A stretch of DNA of 64,000 bases, taken from positions 1,240,001-1,304,000 of the forward strand of contig OZ024760.1 in assembly GCA_964016885.1 (NCBI GenBank). The letters are read 5' to 3'. The stretch's first letter is position 1, and each line of letters starts with the position of its first letter. The translations under genes and the position numbers were made by a program. The stretch is from Eledone cirrhosa (Eukaryota). A model generated the notes under the pieces. The model searched no databases, had not been told where the DNA came from, and saw only the letters and a list, made by a program, of their open reading frames with translations. Shown one piece after another: positions 61,068 through 64,000 of the stretch.

Positions 61068-61551
61068 TTCAAACTGAATCCATACTGATTTACACACACA
61101 CACACAGATATATATATATGCAGGGGTTTTGATATGAAATCTTGTGTCGAAACAGATATCGTTAAACTTGGGGAGGGTCATATTGTTATAATATTGACAA
61201 AAATAATAACCAACCCAAACCAAACAGTGAGTTATTATTTCTGGCAATATTATACCGATATGGCCCTCCCCAAGTATACCAATATACATATATATACATA
61301 TATTATATAGAACAGATTAAAGTTTAAGCAAAGAATCGCTACTTCGTTGGTTCGTGAAGACATTCTCTGGCAATGGCAGTATCGTCTTCCTGTTTCCTTT
61401 TTGAAATATTTACTTCTGTGTCCACATTGATTTCTTTCAGTTTCAGAAGATCTCGTTAAGGGTGAAAGCAGCGATTCTTGGCTTAAACTTCAATCTGTTC
61501 TTATAATAAATATTTTGTTCTACGGGTTTATAAATATATATATATATATAT

Positions 61552-61770
61552 ACTCTTTTACCTGTTCCAGCCATCCGGCTGAGGCTATGCTGGGGCACCG
61601 CTGCCCTTGTTGCTACACATTCTATCTCCAGCCTGTGTTGGCTGGCCATTGGTGTATTGGTGTAAGAGGGAATTCGTTGCTGCTGCCCTTAGGTTACCTC
61701 CGTACCGTGCTGTGGGCTCATCCGGGATCCCGGATAGCAGGGTGTCAAGATGTTTCTTGAAAACATCCAT
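61552..61770 (-). pseudogene. CR1-type LINE extreme 3' fragment (different subfamily)
   Basis: FKKHLDTLLSGIPDEPT...ATNSLL aligns by eye to [18 protein letters not shown]...NSNSLL of the 53.3-kb element. Confidence 0.7.
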
Positions 61771-62244
61771 ATATAATATTAAAATAACAGATTAAAGTTT
61801 AAGCAAAGAATCGCTGCTTTCACCCTTAACGGGATCTTCTGAAAAATATTTGCTCTAGGGTTCTTATATATTTGATATATATTTATCCTTATCGAGCCCT
61901 CTTTGGATTTTAGTTTTCACATTTATTATTATTACTATATACACACACACATACAAGCATCGTACACAAACATCACACACATACGCACACATAGACACAC
62001 AGACAAACCTATTATATACAAGCATATGTAACTTTATAAGTGGTCTATAACTACTTAATATTAACAACAATAACACTGATTTATCTTAAGATGTTTTAAT
62101 CAATTCTAAATTAATTACAAGTTAAGAAATCTTGTTTGGAGCTGTAATCATTAATATTATTAGGTTTAGTATTAGCTTGTTTGTTAATTAGTAAGCTATG
62201 TTTAATTGAACACCAGGAAATAGTTTTTTTTAAAATTGGTACTG

Positions 62245-62495
62245 TTGTAGATGAGTGACTTATTGGTTGTGGTAGTGTAGGTGAGTAGTTGTGGTGGTTG
62301 TAGGTGATTGGTTGTGGCAGTGGTGGTGTGGGTGAGTGGCTGTATGGTGGGGGTTTTGGTGTAGCTGAGTGGCTTGGTGATCGTGGTGTAGGTGAGTGTC
62401 TTATTGGTGGTGGTGTAGGTGAGTGACTGGTGGTGGTGTCTGAGTGGCTTAGTAGTGGTGGTGGTGGTTTTGGTGAGTGTCGTGGTGGTAGTAGT
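62245..62495. repeat. GT-rich degenerate repeat
   Basis: GGTGGTGTAGGTGAGTG variants. Confidence 0.75.
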
Positions 62496-62650
62496 AGCCT
62501 TGTTGGATGTTGTGCTGGTGTTGTACTGATGTTTGTGGTATTTCTGGTGGACATGAGAAACCTGTTAAGTTTATGAGAAAGTTAGGTATATTGCTAAATC
62601 CCTCTAAATTCTTTCATGTTTCACAAATTATTTGAAAATCATTGGTAGAG

Positions 62651-64000
62651 TCTTTCGTTAGAAATATGGTTATAAAAGGGTTAATGACATAGACAGTGTC
62701 TTTCGTAAGAAATATGGTAATGAAAAGGTTAATGACATAGACAGTGTCTTTCGTTAGCAATATAGTAATGAAAGGGTTAATGACATAGGTAGTGTCTTTC
62801 GTTAAAAATATAGTAATGAAAGGGTTAATGACATAGGTAGTGTCTTTCGATAGTAATATGGTAATGAAAGGGTTAATGACATAGGTAGTGTCTTTCATTA
62901 GAAATATGGTAATGAAAGGGTTAATGAGTCTTTCATTAGTAATATGGTAATGAAAGGGTTAATGACATAGGTAGTGTCTTTCATTAGAAATATGGTAATG
63001 AAAGGGTTAATGACATAGACAGTGTCTTTCGTTAGAAATATGGTAATGAAAGGGTTAATGAGTCTTTCATTAGTAATATGGTAATGAAAGGGTTAATGAC
63101 ATAGGTAGTGTCTTTCATTAGAAATATGGTAATGAAAGGGTTAATGACATAGGGAGTGTCTTTCATTAGAAATATGGTAATGAAAGGGTTAATGACATAG
63201 GTAGTGTCTTTCATTAGAAATATGGTAATGAAAGGGTTAATGACATAGACAGTGTCTTTCATTAGAAATATGGTAATGAAAGGGTTAATGACATAGGTAG
63301 TGTCTTTCATTAGAAATATGGTAATGAAAGGGTTAATGACATAGGTAGTGTCTTTCATTAGAAATATGGTAATGAAAGGGTTAATGACATAGGTAGTGTC
63401 TTTCATTAGAAATATGGTAATGAAAGGGTTAATGACACAGACAATGTCTTTTATTAGAAATATGGTAATGGAAGGGTTAATGAGTCTTTCGATAGTAATA
63501 TGGTAATGAAAGGGTTAATGACATAGACAGTGTCTTTCATTAGAAATATGGTAATGGAAGGGTTAATGAGTCTTTCGATAGTAATATGGTAATGAAAGGG
63601 TTAATGACATAGACAGTGTCTTTCATTAGAAATATGGTAATGGAAGGGTTAATGAGTCTTTCGATAGTAATATGGTAATGAAAGGGTTAATGACATAGAC
63701 AGTGTCTTTCATTAGAAATATGGTAATAAAAGGGTTAATGACATAGGGAGTGTCTTTCATTAGAAATATGGTAATAAAAGGGTTAATGACATAGCGTCTT
63801 TCATTAGAAATATGGTAATAAAAGGGTTAATGACATAGGGAGTGTCTTTCATTAGAAATATGGTAATAAAAGGGTTAATGACATAGACTGTGTCTTTCAT
63901 TAGAAATATGGTAATAAAAGGGTTAATGACACAGGCAGTGTCTTTCATTAGAAATATGGTAATGAAAGGGTTAATGACATAGACAGTGTCTTTCATTAGA
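62651..64000. repeat. 48-bp minisatellite with 36-bp variant units, runs off the window end
   Basis: Unit TCTTTCATTAGAAATATGGTAATGAAAGGGTTAATGACATAGGTAGTG; 16-aa periodicity. Confidence 0.95.

Overview
AT-rich eukaryotic non-genic or intronic DNA. The very dense (TA)n/(CA)n/(TATG)n microsatellites and the tRNA-derived SINE family suggest an octopod cephalopod (inference from memory, not a search). Nearly all listed ORFs are microsatellite or minisatellite translations. Recognisable content: tRNA-SINEs, CR1-type and RTE-type LINE 3' fragments, a bipartite non-autonomous RTE derivative, hAT/TcMar/piggyBac-type MITEs and several minisatellites. Main signal: about ten sequence-distinct groups of short elements sit in (TA)n tracts, often as fold-back palindromes, and carry type I hammerhead ribozyme (HHR) motifs (CUGANGA...GAAA...NUH), several with self-complementary stem III. 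This matches termini of Penelope-like retroelements (PLEs). Also noted: two minisatellites built from transposon-end junctions, an HDV-like ribozyme candidate at an RTE 5' end, and one plausible GC-rich minus-strand coding exon near 29.6 kb. All RNA folds were made by eye.
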